64,000 bases of DNA, taken from Nitrososphaerota archaeon. GTDB lineage: Archaea > Thermoproteota > Nitrososphaeria > Nitrososphaerales > Nitrosopumilaceae. Made by a program: the position numbers and the translations under genes. The notes beneath the pieces were generated by a model, which worked only from the letters and a program-made list of their open reading frames with translations, did no database searches and was not told the DNA's origin. The DNA is taken from assembly GCA_028867755.1 (NCBI GenBank), contig JAGWFT010000002.1, positions 1-64,000 of the forward strand, written 5' to 3'. Below, one piece after another: positions 8,731 through 19,499 of the stretch (positions are counted from its first letter, which is position 1; every line of letters begins with the position of its first letter).

Positions 8731-8916
8731 ATGGATAGATCAAGAAATTCTAACAAAAGCCGCGGTAGAGTAAATAGTTATGATCATAATAACCCCGTGA
8801 AGACCTGCAAGGTTTGTTTCACTATTGGTGACTGGCATTGTTACGAGTGCTCAAATAACTTTTGTAGCACTCACTTTCACAGCCATAAAGAAATGCAATT
8901 ATGCATAATACATTGA
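8731..8916 (+). CDS. Small B-box-like zinc-finger protein
   Basis: 61 aa with CxxC...CxxC...CxxH..H pattern; fills an otherwise empty gap. Confidence 0.55.
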   Translation: MDRSRNSNKSRGRVNSYDHNNPVKTCKVCFTIGDWHCYECSNNFCSTHFHSHKEMQLCIIH

Positions 8917-8919
8917 AAA

Positions 8920-9004
8920 TGCGGGAGGTGGGATTTGAACCCACGAACTCCTAAAAGACAGGGTCCTAAGCCCTGCGCCTTTGACCAGGCTTGGCAACTC
9001 CCGC
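8920..9004 (-). tRNA. tRNA-Leu(TAG)
   Basis: GCGGGAG acceptor stem, CAGGG-CT TAG GA-CCCTG, long variable arm, GGTTCAAATCC. Confidence 0.95.
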
Positions 9005-9051
9005 ATGCACCATGACTTTTAAGACAAATTTATCTATTGTTGATGGTACAA

Positions 9052-10398
9052 ATGGCAAGATTATTTGGCACTAATGGAATAAGAGGGGTCTTCGGAGATA
9101 CCCTGACCCTAGATTTTGTATCAGATATTGTATCATCACTTGCAGCTTTTTTCAGAAAAGGCCCAATACTTGTTGGATATGATGGCAGAAAATCAAATGT
9201 AATAATGTCAAAGATAGTATGTGCATCTCTTAGCGCATCAGGGCTTGATTCTTCGATATGTGGTTTGGTACCAACCCCGTGTCTACAGTTTGCTACCAAA
9301 AAGCTAGGCTACAATGGAGGATTAATGATCACAGCCTCACACAATCCTCCACAATACAACGGACTGAAACCTACTGCAAGAGACGGCGTTGAGATCTCAA
9401 GAGAAGATGAGCTAAAAGTTGAAGATATTTATTTTAAGAAAAAATGGCACACAATAAAGAAACCAAGTTCAATAGGACAAGAAACCCGAGTCATTCGTAC
9501 ATATCTTGATGGAATTAAATCTCATGTAAATGTGAACAAGATCAAGTCTGACAGATTCAAGGTTGTGCTTGACTTGGGCAATGGCGCACAGGCAGTAACC
9601 GCTCCATTTCTTTGCAAAGAGCTTGGATGTAAAATAATTACCATAAATGAAAAAATAGATGGTTCATTTCCAGGAAGAGGATCAGAGCCAACACCGCAAA
9701 ACTTGGACAAATTATCAAAGGCTGTGGTAAAGTCCAAGGCAGACTTTGGTATCGCATTTGATGGTGACGGTGATAGGAGCATCTTTTGTGATGATACTGG
9801 AAAGATTCTGACAGGTGACAGGTCAGCTCTTCTAATATCGAGATTTATCTTAAATAAACATCACAAGTCAAAAGTTGTGACTACACTCAACTCCACTTCG
9901 GCAATTGAGACAATCGCACAGCAAACCAAGTCTAAAGTATTGAGGACAAGAGTAGGTAGTGTGGAAGTCTCGCGCAAAATGGTCGAGCAAGACGCACTAA
10001 TAGGTTTTGAAGAAAATGGAGGATTCATGTATGGAAGACATAACCAAGTAAGAGACGGTTCAATGACAATGGCTCTTGTGCTTGATTTATTGTCAAAAAC
10101 TAGCAAATCCCTGTCAGAGGAGCTTGATAGCTTACCTCAATCATTTACTACAAAAGGCAAGATTGAATGCTCTAAAGATGATTTCAAAAAAATACTCCAA
10201 AGCCTAAAAAATGAACCATACAAAAAAGACCTAACAGATGGAATCAAGATCTTTGTTGACAAATCAAGTTGGGTCATGGTAAGACTAAGCGGTACAGAAC
10301 CGATAGCAAGAATATATGCCGAATCAAACACCGAAGATAACTTGGATGAAATTTTCAGCAAATATATGTCAAAAATAAAGCGGGCATCTGGCAGATAA
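9052..10398 (+). CDS. Phosphohexomutase (PGM/PMM/GlmM family)
   Basis: RLFGTNGIRG, TASHNP (phosphoserine) and DGDGDR motifs. Start at 9052 preferred over 9037. Confidence 0.9.
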   Translation: MARLFGTNGIRGVFGDTLTLDFVSDIVSSLAAFFRKGPILVGYDGRKSNVIMSKIVCASLSASGLDSSICGLVPTPCLQFATKKLGYNGGLMITASHNPPQYNGLKPTARDGVEISREDELKVEDIYFKKKWHTIKKPSSIGQETRVIRTYLDGIKSHVNVNKIKSDRFKVVLDLGNGAQAVTAPFLCKELGCKIITINEKIDGSFPGRGSEPTPQNLDKLSKAVVKSKADFGIAFDGDGDRSIFCDDTGKILTGDRSALLISRFILNKHHKSKVVTTLNSTSAIETIAQQTKSKVLRTRVGSVEVSRKMVEQDALIGFEENGGFMYGRHNQVRDGSMTMALVLDLLSKTSKSLSEELDSLPQSFTTKGKIECSKDDFKKILQSLKNEPYKKDLTDGIKIFVDKSSWVMVRLSGTEPIARIYAESNTEDNLDEIFSKYMSKIKRASGR

Positions 10399-10458
10399 CA
10401 CTTTTAAAACCAATTGAAAGCACCCAAGGAATGGAAATGATCCCAATGGGTGATACCT

Positions 10459-10845
10459 ATGACTAAGGCTTATTACGTAAAGTTTCAAGTCCCCGCTGAC
10501 CTAGTTAGCCCTATCTACGAAGCAGTGAGGGTTGCTCATCAGAGTGGTAAAGTAAAGAAAGGTACAAACGAAGTCACAAAGGCAATAGAGAGAGGAATAA
10601 GTAAACTCGTAGTTATAGCTGAGGATGTCGAACCACCAGAGGTAGTAGCACATCTGCCAATACTCTGTGAGGAACATAATCTACCGTATAGCTTTGTGCC
10701 AAGCAGACAAGAATTGGGCAAGGCATTAGGAATTGATGTCACCTCTGCAGCAGCTGCGATAATAGATTCAGGAGATGCTCAACACATAGTTGACCAAATT
10801 GTGGCATCGCTAGCGCAGATAAAGGGTGGTCAAGCTAGCAAATGA
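10459..10845 (+). CDS. rpl7ae: 50S ribosomal protein L7Ae
   Basis: [14 protein letters not shown]...[14 protein letters not shown]. This is also the K-turn/box C/D binding protein. Confidence 0.97.
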   Translation: MTKAYYVKFQVPADLVSPIYEAVRVAHQSGKVKKGTNEVTKAIERGISKLVVIAEDVEPPEVVAHLPILCEEHNLPYSFVPSRQELGKALGIDVTSAAAAIIDSGDAQHIVDQIVASLAQIKGGQASK

Positions 10846-11048
10846 GTTCTGAAGTACCCATTCCCGCCGAAGTAATACAAATTGTTGGCCGAACAGGCAT
10901 TGCGGGAGAAGTTATACAAGTTAGAGTAAAGATACTGGATGGAAAAGACAAAGGCAGAGTTCTAACAAGAAACGTAAAGGGTTCTGTTAGAATGTCAGAC
11001 ATACTCATGTTACGTGAAACAGAACGTGAAGCAAGGAAGATAAAGTGA
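10842..11048 (+). CDS. rps28e: 30S ribosomal protein S28e
   Basis: [14 protein letters not shown]...RNVKG...LRETEREAR. Confidence 0.97.
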   Translation: MSSEVPIPAEVIQIVGRTGIAGEVIQVRVKILDGKDKGRVLTRNVKGSVRMSDILMLRETEREARKIK

Positions 11049-11055
11049 TTAAAAA

Positions 11056-11259
11056 TTGAGCGTTCTAGTTAAACCGTGCAGTTTTTGCAACAGACCAGTA
11101 GCAAAAGGTTCTGGCACCATGCTTGTAAAAAATGACGGTACAGTATTTTGGTTCTGTTCTTCTAAATGCAAAAAGAACATGCTTGTTCTCAAGCGTGATC
11201 CAAGAAGACTCAAGTGGACAAACAAGTATGTAAAAGGCGGAATAAGGGTCAAAAAGTAA
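11056..11259 (+). CDS. rpl24e: 50S ribosomal protein L24e
   Basis: CSFC...G.G...FCSSKC...RDPRRLKWT. Confidence 0.97.
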   Translation: MSVLVKPCSFCNRPVAKGSGTMLVKNDGTVFWFCSSKCKKNMLVLKRDPRRLKWTNKYVKGGIRVKK

Positions 11260-11260
11260 A

Positions 11261-11662
11261 ATGACTGAACAGACATTATTTATAGTAAAACCTGACGGTG
11301 TAGAAAGAAAAATTGCAGGAGAAATTATTTCAAGATTTGAAAAGAAAGGTTTCAACGTTGTAAAACTAAAGATGTTCACTTTCACAAAACAAATGGCTGA
11401 GGAATTTTATTCTGATCACAAATCCAAGCCATTTTTTGGTGAGCTTGTTTCTTTTATTACGTCAGGAAGAGTTGTTGCGGCAGTAATTGAGGGAAATAAT
11501 GCAATATCTACAACGCGACTCATGATAGGCTCTACCAAGTCCTTTGAGGCAGCTCCGGGAACAATTAGGGGTGACTTTGGACTTGGAATCTCAGATAACA
11601 TAATTCATGCCTCTGATTCTAAGCAAAGTTTTGAAAAAGAGGTAGCTGTAATATTCAAGTGA
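11261..11662 (+). CDS. ndk: Nucleoside diphosphate kinase
   Basis: [13 protein letters not shown] and NIIHASDS motifs. Confidence 0.97.
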   Translation: MTEQTLFIVKPDGVERKIAGEIISRFEKKGFNVVKLKMFTFTKQMAEEFYSDHKSKPFFGELVSFITSGRVVAAVIEGNNAISTTRLMIGSTKSFEAAPGTIRGDFGLGISDNIIHASDSKQSFEKEVAVIFK

Positions 11663-11668
11663 AAGAGG

Positions 11669-13453
11669 TTGCAAATACGACAGCCAATAGTGGCAGTTCT
11701 AGGTCACGTCGATTCTGGTAAGACCTCGCTATTAGACAAGATAAGAGGTACAGGTGTCCAGGCCCGTGAAGCAGGTGGAATTACACAACACATAGGAGCT
11801 AGTTTTCTCCCTACTGATGTAATCAAGAAAGTATGTGGACCACTGTTTGCAAAGATGGCAGGCGACAGCCAAGAAATTCCTGGATTGTTAGTAATTGATA
11901 CCCCAGGGCATGAAATTTTCACAAACCTGAGAGCACGTGGAGGCTCTGCAGCAGACATTGCTATTTTAGTAGTAGACGTAAATCGAGGTTTTCAACCACA
12001 AACCAATGAAAGCCTGAAAATATTGCAGAGTAGAAAAGTTCCATTTGTAATTGCTCTCAATAAAGTAGATATGGTTTCAGGCTGGAAAAAAAACCCTACA
12101 ACACAATTTATCACTCAATCCATAAAAGAACAAGATCTTTTCGTGCAAACCTCACTTGATGAGCTTCTGTATAACGTTGTGGGAACGCTATCCATACTTG
12201 GTTTTAGTTCTGAAGCATTTTACAGAGTCAAGGATTTTACAAAAGAAGTTTCAATTGTTCCTGTTAGTGCTAGGTCAGGGGAAGGAATCCCAGAACTGCT
12301 AGCAGTCCTTGTAGGTCTTACCCAACAATACCTGCAAAAGAAACTTGACCAGACAGAGAAACCCACAAGAGGCATAGTTCTTGAAGTAAAAGAAGAGACT
12401 GGCCTTGGAGTAACTGCCAACATTATTTTGATTGATGGCAATCTCAAAAAGAATGATTCCATAGTTCTTGCCAAAAGAGATTCTGTAGTAATTACAAAAC
12501 CCAAAGCAATACTCTTGCCAAAACCATTGGATGAAATGCGCGATCCAAGAGACAAATTCAGACCAGTAAATGAAGTCTATGCTGCTGCTGGAATAAAGAT
12601 TGCATCTCCAGACCTAGAAGGCGTCTTGCCTGGAAGTCCAGTTTATGCCTCTACTGACGAATCCAAGATTGAAGAATTTAAAAAATTAATCGAATCAGAA
12701 ATGAAGTCAGTCTTTGTAAAGACTGACAAAAAGGGTGTGATTCTAAAATGTGACACCATTGGATCTCTTGAGGCCATCACTGACATGTTAAAACGACAAA
12801 ATGTTCCGGTGTCAATGGCTGACATCGGTCCAGTAACTAGGCGTGATGTTGTAGAAGCCCTTGCAATAAAGGAAAATGATAGACATCTTGGAATAGTGAT
12901 TGCATTTAACGTAAAAATTTTACAGGATGCTCAAGAAGAAGCAGAAGCAAACCACATTAGAATTTTCCATGATCAAGTCATCTACAGCTTGATTGATAAT
13001 TATGTCAACTGGGTTCAAGAGGATACAGCCAATGAAGAAAACGCCATATTTCAGGAACTAACTCCTATTTGCAAAATGACATTTCTGAAGGGATACATAT
13101 TTAGAAAAAGCAATCCAGCTGTTTTTGGAGTCAGAATAGACATTGGCACCCTCAAACAAAAAATTACCATCATGAATGCAGATGGTAAAAAAATTGGTCT
13201 TGTTCACCAGCTTCAAGATAATGGAAAGAGTATAGATTCTGCCAAGAGAGGCCAAGAAGTAGCCATATCTATTCAAAATGTCACAGTTGGAAGACAGGTT
13301 TCAGAAGAAGATGTATTTTATTCATTACCTTCATCTAGGGAAGCCAGGCTTTTACTCAAGGAATTTTCGCACAAGTTGAACCCAGAGGAGCTTCTGACCT
13401 TGAAGAAAATAATAGAGCTTCAGAGAAAATCAAATTCTGTTTACGGCTACTGA
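11669..13453 (+). CDS. infB: Translation initiation factor aIF5B (IF-2)
   Basis: GHVDSGKT, EAGGITQHIGA, DTPGHE and NKVD; no intein. Confidence 0.97.
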   Translation: MQIRQPIVAVLGHVDSGKTSLLDKIRGTGVQAREAGGITQHIGASFLPTDVIKKVCGPLFAKMAGDSQEIPGLLVIDTPGHEIFTNLRARGGSAADIAILVVDVNRGFQPQTNESLKILQSRKVPFVIALNKVDMVSGWKKNPTTQFITQSIKEQDLFVQTSLDELLYNVVGTLSILGFSSEAFYRVKDFTKEVSIVPVSARSGEGIPELLAVLVGLTQQYLQKKLDQTEKPTRGIVLEVKEETGLGVTANIILIDGNLKKNDSIVLAKRDSVVITKPKAILLPKPLDEMRDPRDKFRPVNEVYAAAGIKIASPDLEGVLPGSPVYASTDESKIEEFKKLIESEMKSVFVKTDKKGVILKCDTIGSLEAITDMLKRQNVPVSMADIGPVTRRDVVEALAIKENDRHLGIVIAFNVKILQDAQEEAEANHIRIFHDQVIYSLIDNYVNWVQEDTANEENAIFQELTPICKMTFLKGYIFRKSNPAVFGVRIDIGTLKQKITIMNADGKKIGLVHQLQDNGKSIDSAKRGQEVAISIQNVTVGRQVSEEDVFYSLPSSREARLLLKEFSHKLNPEELLTLKKIIELQRKSNSVYGY

Positions 13454-13830
13454 GAGTATTTCTGGGCAAGCATGTGAAGGCCTGGTTCTCCTACTGCCCC
13501 TACTGCTTTATCGACAAGTTTGCCTCCCTTGAAGACCAAGAATGCAGGTATTGCATACACTTGGTACCTCTGAGAAATTCCTTGTGCCTCATCCACATTT
13601 ACACGAGCAAACTTGATGCCCTTGTATTTTTTTGCTATTCTGGTAAATATGGGCAACATAAACTGACAGGGTCCACACCATGTGGCCCAAAAATCAACTA
13701 TTACCGGAATGTCACCAGCTACTCCCTTGTCAAAACTTGTATCGTTTAGTTCTAAAATTTCCTGTTCTTTGTGAGAAGCCATCTCGGCTAATTTCTTTTT
13801 CATTATCTTCTCAATTTCTTCGTCTGCCAA
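13447..13830 (-). CDS. trxA: Thioredoxin
   Basis: DFWATWCGPC active site. Confidence 0.93.
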   Translation of the reverse strand: MADEEIEKIMKKKLAEMASHKEQEILELNDTSFDKGVAGDIPVIVDFWATWCGPCQFMLPIFTRIAKKYKGIKFARVNVDEAQGISQRYQVYAIPAFLVFKGGKLVDKAVGAVGEPGLHMLAQKYSQ

Positions 13831-13869
13831 CTTGATAAAATGAATTTGAACGGTATTTAATAATTTGGC

Positions 13870-14286
13870 CTAGAGATCAAGAAGAAATCTCATCACAATT
13901 GGTTTTTCCTGTTTTATTTCCATGAGGTGAAAAGTAGGGGCTTTGATTTCTAATTTAAAATGGTGTTTTTCAAAATCAATCTCTTCCCCATTTATCGTTG
14001 CATTCAATACATATTCTTGTGATTTAGTTATGAAAACTTTAAAGCTGGCTCCAACAAATCCATCTGTTATCGTAAGTATGATTATTTCCTCAAGCCAGCT
14101 ATACAGCAAGTTGTTCAGATCCCTTGCCTTTATCTCAATTTCTTTTTCAGTTTTTTTTCCAACAGATTTGATATCAAAAATTGTATCAACCACAGCCATT
14201 CCAGCTGTTTCAAAGGCTTCTTCCAAGGTTTGTCCAGTTACCTCAATGAACGCATCTGTCATGTGTTCTAAATGGCGATATGTCAT
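13870..14286 (-). CDS. Archease
   Basis: YRHLEHMTD N-terminus and EIKAPTFH C-terminal motif. Confidence 0.93.
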   Translation of the reverse strand: MTYRHLEHMTDAFIEVTGQTLEEAFETAGMAVVDTIFDIKSVGKKTEKEIEIKARDLNNLLYSWLEEIIILTITDGFVGASFKVFITKSQEYVLNATINGEEIDFEKHHFKLEIKAPTFHLMEIKQEKPIVMRFLLDL

Positions 14287-14385
14287 ATGGTAGACCTTTA
14301 GTAGGTTTCACTTGTGTTATTAATTTATCACAATTGCAATTTTGTAAAATCAGAAAGTCTAAATGCATTGGAACAAAAGTGAGTC

Positions 14386-15669
14386 TTGAATTTGGACTTA
14401 CCGCGTGGGATGAGAGACATAGAACACAAGGAATCTGCCATAATAGAATACATACGACAAAAATTCATGGAAACATCAAATCTATTTGGATTTCAATTCA
14501 TGGAGCCATCTCCTATAGAACTTGTCTCAGTGATAGAAACAAAAAGCGGACCTTCTATAAAAAATGAAATTTACTATTTCACAGACAAGGGCGACAGAGA
14601 AGTTGCTCTACGCTTTGACTTTACTATAGGTCTTACTAGATATGCAACATCTCAAAAATCAATGAGACTTCCTGCAAAGTTCTGTACTTTTGGAGGAGTA
14701 TGGAGATATGACGAGCCACAAAAAGGACGATACAGATTCTTTCATCAGTGGGATGTGGAAATATATGGAGAACCAAATACCGAGTCTGACGCGGAAATAA
14801 TAGATTTTACTTCAAAGTTTTTCTCAAACCTGAAACTTGAAAATATTGTAATCGATGTCTGTGATCGAGGACTAGTTGAATCATATGTAAAAAGCATTTT
14901 CAAGACTGATTTGCCTGATGTAATAGGTGATATTCTAAGGGCTGTAGATAAGATACAAAAGAAAAGAAAACAGGAAATAATTAAGGAATATCAAGAAAAG
15001 GGATATTCTATTTCTGACTTGGAATTAGTTTTGGAATTTTCTCAAATGAAGGGGGCTCCACAAGAAATTGAGAAAATGATTGATACAAGTAAGCTCAAAA
15101 ACTGGGACAAGATATTGCAACTGTTTGAATCATTAAAAAATAGAGGCGTAGAAAATGTCAGAATAAACTTTGGTATTGTGCGAGGCCTTGATTATTACTC
15201 TGGAATTGTTTTTGAAGTATTTGACAGCAGCTCAGACCTAGGGGCACTTGTTGGTGGAGGTCGTTATGATACACTGACAAAAGCATTTGGCCGAGATGAT
15301 ATGGGTGCAACCGGTGCTGCAGGGGGTGTGGAACGCATAGTAAATTCCCTAGAGAAACAAGGAATAGTAAATTTGTCAAATAATGAAGAACATGTATGGG
15401 TAGCATCTGTCAATGATGAAATGAAGAAAATTGCCATTAACATTGCATCTGTACTCAGGCTCAAAGGTATACCGTCTGAGGTAGATCTAGTAGGCAAGTC
15501 GCTTAGGAAACAAATGGACATGGCATCAAATTCCAAATACGTGATAATAATAGCTCCAAAGGAGTATGGTGAAAAATCAGTCCTAATTCGCAATATGAAG
15601 GATGGTTCTGAGAAACAAGTTAAGCTTGATTCTCTTCTAAATGATCCACGATCTAGTCTTCAACTTTGA
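14386..15669 (+). CDS. hisS: Histidyl-tRNA synthetase
   Basis: PRGMRD, LRFDFT, RYDEPQKGRYRFFHQ, RGLDYYSG and GGGRYD motifs. Confidence 0.96.
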   Translation: MNLDLPRGMRDIEHKESAIIEYIRQKFMETSNLFGFQFMEPSPIELVSVIETKSGPSIKNEIYYFTDKGDREVALRFDFTIGLTRYATSQKSMRLPAKFCTFGGVWRYDEPQKGRYRFFHQWDVEIYGEPNTESDAEIIDFTSKFFSNLKLENIVIDVCDRGLVESYVKSIFKTDLPDVIGDILRAVDKIQKKRKQEIIKEYQEKGYSISDLELVLEFSQMKGAPQEIEKMIDTSKLKNWDKILQLFESLKNRGVENVRINFGIVRGLDYYSGIVFEVFDSSSDLGALVGGGRYDTLTKAFGRDDMGATGAAGGVERIVNSLEKQGIVNLSNNEEHVWVASVNDEMKKIAINIASVLRLKGIPSEVDLVGKSLRKQMDMASNSKYVIIIAPKEYGEKSVLIRNMKDGSEKQVKLDSLLNDPRSSLQL

Positions 15670-16324
15670 ATGCTTTTGTAAGCATCACTAGCTCAGGACC
15701 ATTTGTAAGTGAACCAACTACCATGGATTTGTTGTTTGCCAGTATTCCTGAAGAGACAAAAGGGGATCCACCATTGATGGTAGCAGGTTCAATCTCTACT
15801 CCTAGAACTTGGGATATGGTTTTGACATCCTCTTCTTCAGTTTCAGGATGTATGATTCCACCATGGGAATTGGCCTTTGCCATGGCACCGCTTTGATAGT
15901 ATCCAGCAACTTTCTTTCTTATCACTTCTATTCCTAGAACATCTTCAACTTTTTTTACGTATTCAGATGGAATTAGAGGTGACATTATCCCGCCTTTGTC
16001 ATTCACACATAGCAAATTGCCTATAGCTGTATGCTTTGTATCAAGTATGTCAACATTAAGGCCAGTTGATTTTTTTAGATGAGCTACCTCTTCCTCAAGA
16101 GAATTTCGTGGTAGCAATATTCCATTGTTGTTCATCACCATCAAAACTCCAAGAAGTCTAGTGTTAGCTACTGATGTGAAGACATGATCAGTTTTGAGGA
16201 ATTCGCACAAATTTTTAACTTTTGTTATAGCAAAACCATTTGGAATAAAGACAAAACTGTCATTACATTTTGCATAAATGCCTACATTAGGGCTACGATA
16301 TACATCATACTTGAAAATTCCCAT
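15653..16324 (-). CDS. eif6: Translation initiation factor aIF6
   Basis: SPNVGIY, GNLLCVNDKG, TINGGSPFVSSG and ANNKSMVVG. Confidence 0.93.
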   Translation of the reverse strand: MGIFKYDVYRSPNVGIYAKCNDSFVFIPNGFAITKVKNLCEFLKTDHVFTSVANTRLLGVLMVMNNNGILLPRNSLEEEVAHLKKSTGLNVDILDTKHTAIGNLLCVNDKGGIMSPLIPSEYVKKVEDVLGIEVIRKKVAGYYQSGAMAKANSHGGIIHPETEEEDVKTISQVLGVEIEPATINGGSPFVSSGILANNKSMVVGSLTNGPELVMLTKAFKVED

Positions 16325-16481
16325 TGCTTACAACCAATTTCTGAAAGATATGAATTTATCTTGTATGACTAGAAAATTGTAGGAACATAAACTCACCATC
16401 TGCCAAGTTGAGTGGTCAAGTCAGACTGCTTGCCAATTTCTTGTACACACTTTAAATAAGTAACAACATTTCTGCAATATT

Positions 16482-16928
16482 GTGCCAATAGATCCAAATT
16501 TTCCTAAGAGCCATAAAGTGGAAGAAAAATTCAAGGATCCATCAAGTGAGAGTTATTATCTAGTTTGGGGGCCTGGGCGTCTTGCAGAGGCAGCATCAGA
16601 TCCTAAAGTCATAGCTGATTACAAGGCAGCAGGCAAAGAAATCAAACCGATGGGAGTCCATGGAACATATGTCGCAGTAGATTGGGATTCTTGTGTTGCT
16701 GACGGAATATGTCTATTGAGCTGTCCAGTAAAAGTATTTGAGTGGTACAAAAATCCAGGAGAAACAGGAAGAAACGATAGAAAGGACTTTACTGATAAGG
16801 CAAGTCCTGTGCAGGAAGCTAATTGCATTTGGTGCATGGCATGCGTAGAAGTTTGTCCCACAAAAGCAATCAAAGTTGATCAGGCAAATCAAGAAATTCA
16901 CGAAAAAGAGATCGCTAACCTACCTTAG
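16482..16928 (+). CDS. Dicluster ferredoxin with N-terminal extension (zinc-ferredoxin-like), paralog 1
   Basis: CVADGICLLSCP and [12 protein letters not shown] motifs; GVHGTYVAVD. Confidence 0.9.
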   Translation: MPIDPNFPKSHKVEEKFKDPSSESYYLVWGPGRLAEAASDPKVIADYKAAGKEIKPMGVHGTYVAVDWDSCVADGICLLSCPVKVFEWYKNPGETGRNDRKDFTDKASPVQEANCIWCMACVEVCPTKAIKVDQANQEIHEKEIANLP

Positions 16929-16954
16929 TTTAAACTAACTTTGTCTAGGTTTAA

Positions 16955-17512
<558 letters not shown>

Positions 17513-17541
17513 AAATTTTTCGTCCTTTTTATTTTTCTTAA
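17513..17541 (+). terminator. Oligo-T tract, probable archaeal terminator of the ferredoxin pair
   Basis: TTTTTCGTCCTTTTTATTTTTCTT directly after the stop codon. Confidence 0.45.
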
Positions 17542-17631
17542 TTACCTAGAGATATTGTATAATGCCCTGTTATTTGACAAATAGCGTTTATTCTTAAACA
17601 AATTTTAACGAGTCTCTTCTGAAAAAGAATT

Positions 17632-17715
17632 GCAGAGGTCGCCTAGCCCGGCATGGCGTGGGCCTTGAGAGCCTATGTGCGCAAGCACCCGGGGGTTCAA
17701 ATCCCTCTCTCTGCG
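17632..17715 (+). tRNA. tRNA-Ser(TGA)
   Basis: GCAGAGG acceptor stem, TGGGC-CT TGA GA-GCCTA, long variable arm GTGC-GCAA-GCAC. Confidence 0.95.
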
Positions 17716-17718
17716 CTT

Positions 17719-18672
17719 TTACTTTCCTATCTTTCCTAACTCTGCCAGAAGGGCAGAAAGTTGAATCTCAGGATTTGCGCCTATTATGAGTCGGTAATCA
17801 TACTTGGCTATAGATTCAAGAATCTCTGAAAGATTGTCTGTTTTTAGCTTGTAGCATTCCTCATTAAGATATTTTAGAAAATCTGATTCTGACATTCCAT
17901 AAACTTTGATGAGCTCAATCATTTTGTTTCTTGCATCTGTCAACTTGCCTGCAAGTGCTAGTTTCAAGATCTCTCCTACATCGCTCTTTTTTGTAAGTCC
18001 TGCAGATGCTTTTACATTGTCTTCACTTACTGTGCCAAGACTTGCAGCTGCTTGTAGCATGTTAATGGAATGTCGCATGTCTCCTTCAGAATATGAATAT
18101 AATGATTTTAGGCCCTCCTTATTGTATTTGATTTTCTCTTTTTTACAAATTTCTTCCAAGTAACCTATTATCTCTTCTTCAGAGATTCTAGTAAATTTGA
18201 ATACAGCACATCGGCTTTGTAGTGGTTCTATTATTTTTGATATATTATTTGCAATCATGATAAACCTACAATGGCCTGCTGTATCTTCTATGATTCTTCT
18301 AAGAGCGGTCTGAGCATCAGATGTCATCTCGTCTGCTTCATCTAATATGACAAGCTTAAACGGTATGCTGGTATCAAGACCTGAAAACCTTGCAAATTTT
18401 TTTACTCTATCTCTTACCATGTTTATTCCTCTTTCATCTGAAGCGTTCAATTCTAGAGTATATTCTCGCCACGAGTCTCCGAGAATTTCTCTTGCAAGGC
18501 ACAGGGCAGTAGTTGTCTTGCCAACTCCGGCAGAGCCAGAGAACATTAAATGCGGCATCTCTGATATATTTTTCAAAAGTGATTTCAAACTACCAACAAC
18601 CTCTTTTTGATTTATTATGGATGATAGTTTCATCGGGCGGTATTTTTCAACCCACATGGAAGATTCAGTCAT
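17719..18672 (-). CDS. rfcS: Replication factor C small subunit
   Basis: WVEKYRP, GSAGVGKT, ELNASDERG, LDEAD and SRC motifs; no intein. Confidence 0.96.
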   Translation of the reverse strand: MTESSMWVEKYRPMKLSSIINQKEVVGSLKSLLKNISEMPHLMFSGSAGVGKTTTALCLAREILGDSWREYTLELNASDERGINMVRDRVKKFARFSGLDTSIPFKLVILDEADEMTSDAQTALRRIIEDTAGHCRFIMIANNISKIIEPLQSRCAVFKFTRISEEEIIGYLEEICKKEKIKYNKEGLKSLYSYSEGDMRHSINMLQAAASLGTVSEDNVKASAGLTKKSDVGEILKLALAGKLTDARNKMIELIKVYGMSESDFLKYLNEECYKLKTDNLSEILESIAKYDYRLIIGANPEIQLSALLAELGKIGK

Positions 18673-18983
18673 AGGCTCTTACCTCTTTGTCCTACTAATA
18701 AAATTAAGTTCTGGAAACTTTGGATAAATTGCTTCTGGGATTAGATCCAACATAGAAACGCTAGGTATTATGTAATTACCTGTTGCTATTAAGATTGAGA
18801 GACCACTCGTATCTATGGAAGACATTCACCAGATTAATCTTATATTAAATAGGAAAATTAAGAGTTCAGTTATGAGAGAGGGAAATTTGACACAAATAAA
18901 GCCTGGATCAAATGATCAACGCAAATTGTTAACAGAATTGATCGATCGATCCCTATTATAGGACTGAGGAGGATCATCGTAAA

Positions 18984-19499
18984 TTGGATATTTCAGAACT
19001 AATACAGATACACAGTATAGGATATCGCTTACAGGACGTCAAGGTCAACTTTGGATATGATCTAAAAATAGATGCACCAGAAGTGTCAATTGAAGCCAAA
19101 CATGGTGAGATTCTTAGTATTCCAAGATGGGTAGCTGAGGTATTATCGTCAGAAAAACTTGCTGAAGTGCAGGATACTGATATGGTAGTAGCCTTGAAGC
19201 AAGCTATTGTGAAAGAAAATGTCCAGGGAGACTTTGATCTTTCGACATTAGAGCCAGAATTTTATATAAAAATGAATTCATTCATGCAAAGACTTCCACA
19301 ACAAGATCGTGATAAAATAGAAAGCATGCTAAATTCTCTTGTCCGTAAGAGACAAGGAAAGGTTATCCGATTAGCAGATTCATCCAAGATGACTTCTGAG
19401 TTGGCAAAAAAATTGACAGTTGAAGAAAGATCTCTATTTGATGATATTCATGGTGACAGTGCAGAATTTAGAAGACAAGTTATAGGTGACAAGAAATGA
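18984..19499 (+). CDS. GINS complex subunit (Gins23-like)
   Basis: IPRWVAEVL B-domain followed by a helical A-domain; stop overlaps the mcm start. Confidence 0.8.
   Translation: MDISELIQIHSIGYRLQDVKVNFGYDLKIDAPEVSIEAKHGEILSIPRWVAEVLSSEKLAEVQDTDMVVALKQAIVKENVQGDFDLSTLEPEFYIKMNSFMQRLPQQDRDKIESMLNSLVRKRQGKVIRLADSSKMTSELAKKLTVEERSLFDDIHGDSAEFRRQVIGDKK

Noticed and set aside
18673-18983. Possible replication origin between rfcS and GINS/MCM
   Set aside because: Only one weak ORB-like word (GTTCTGGAAAC near 18706), no repeated ORBs and no cdc6/orc1 neighbour.
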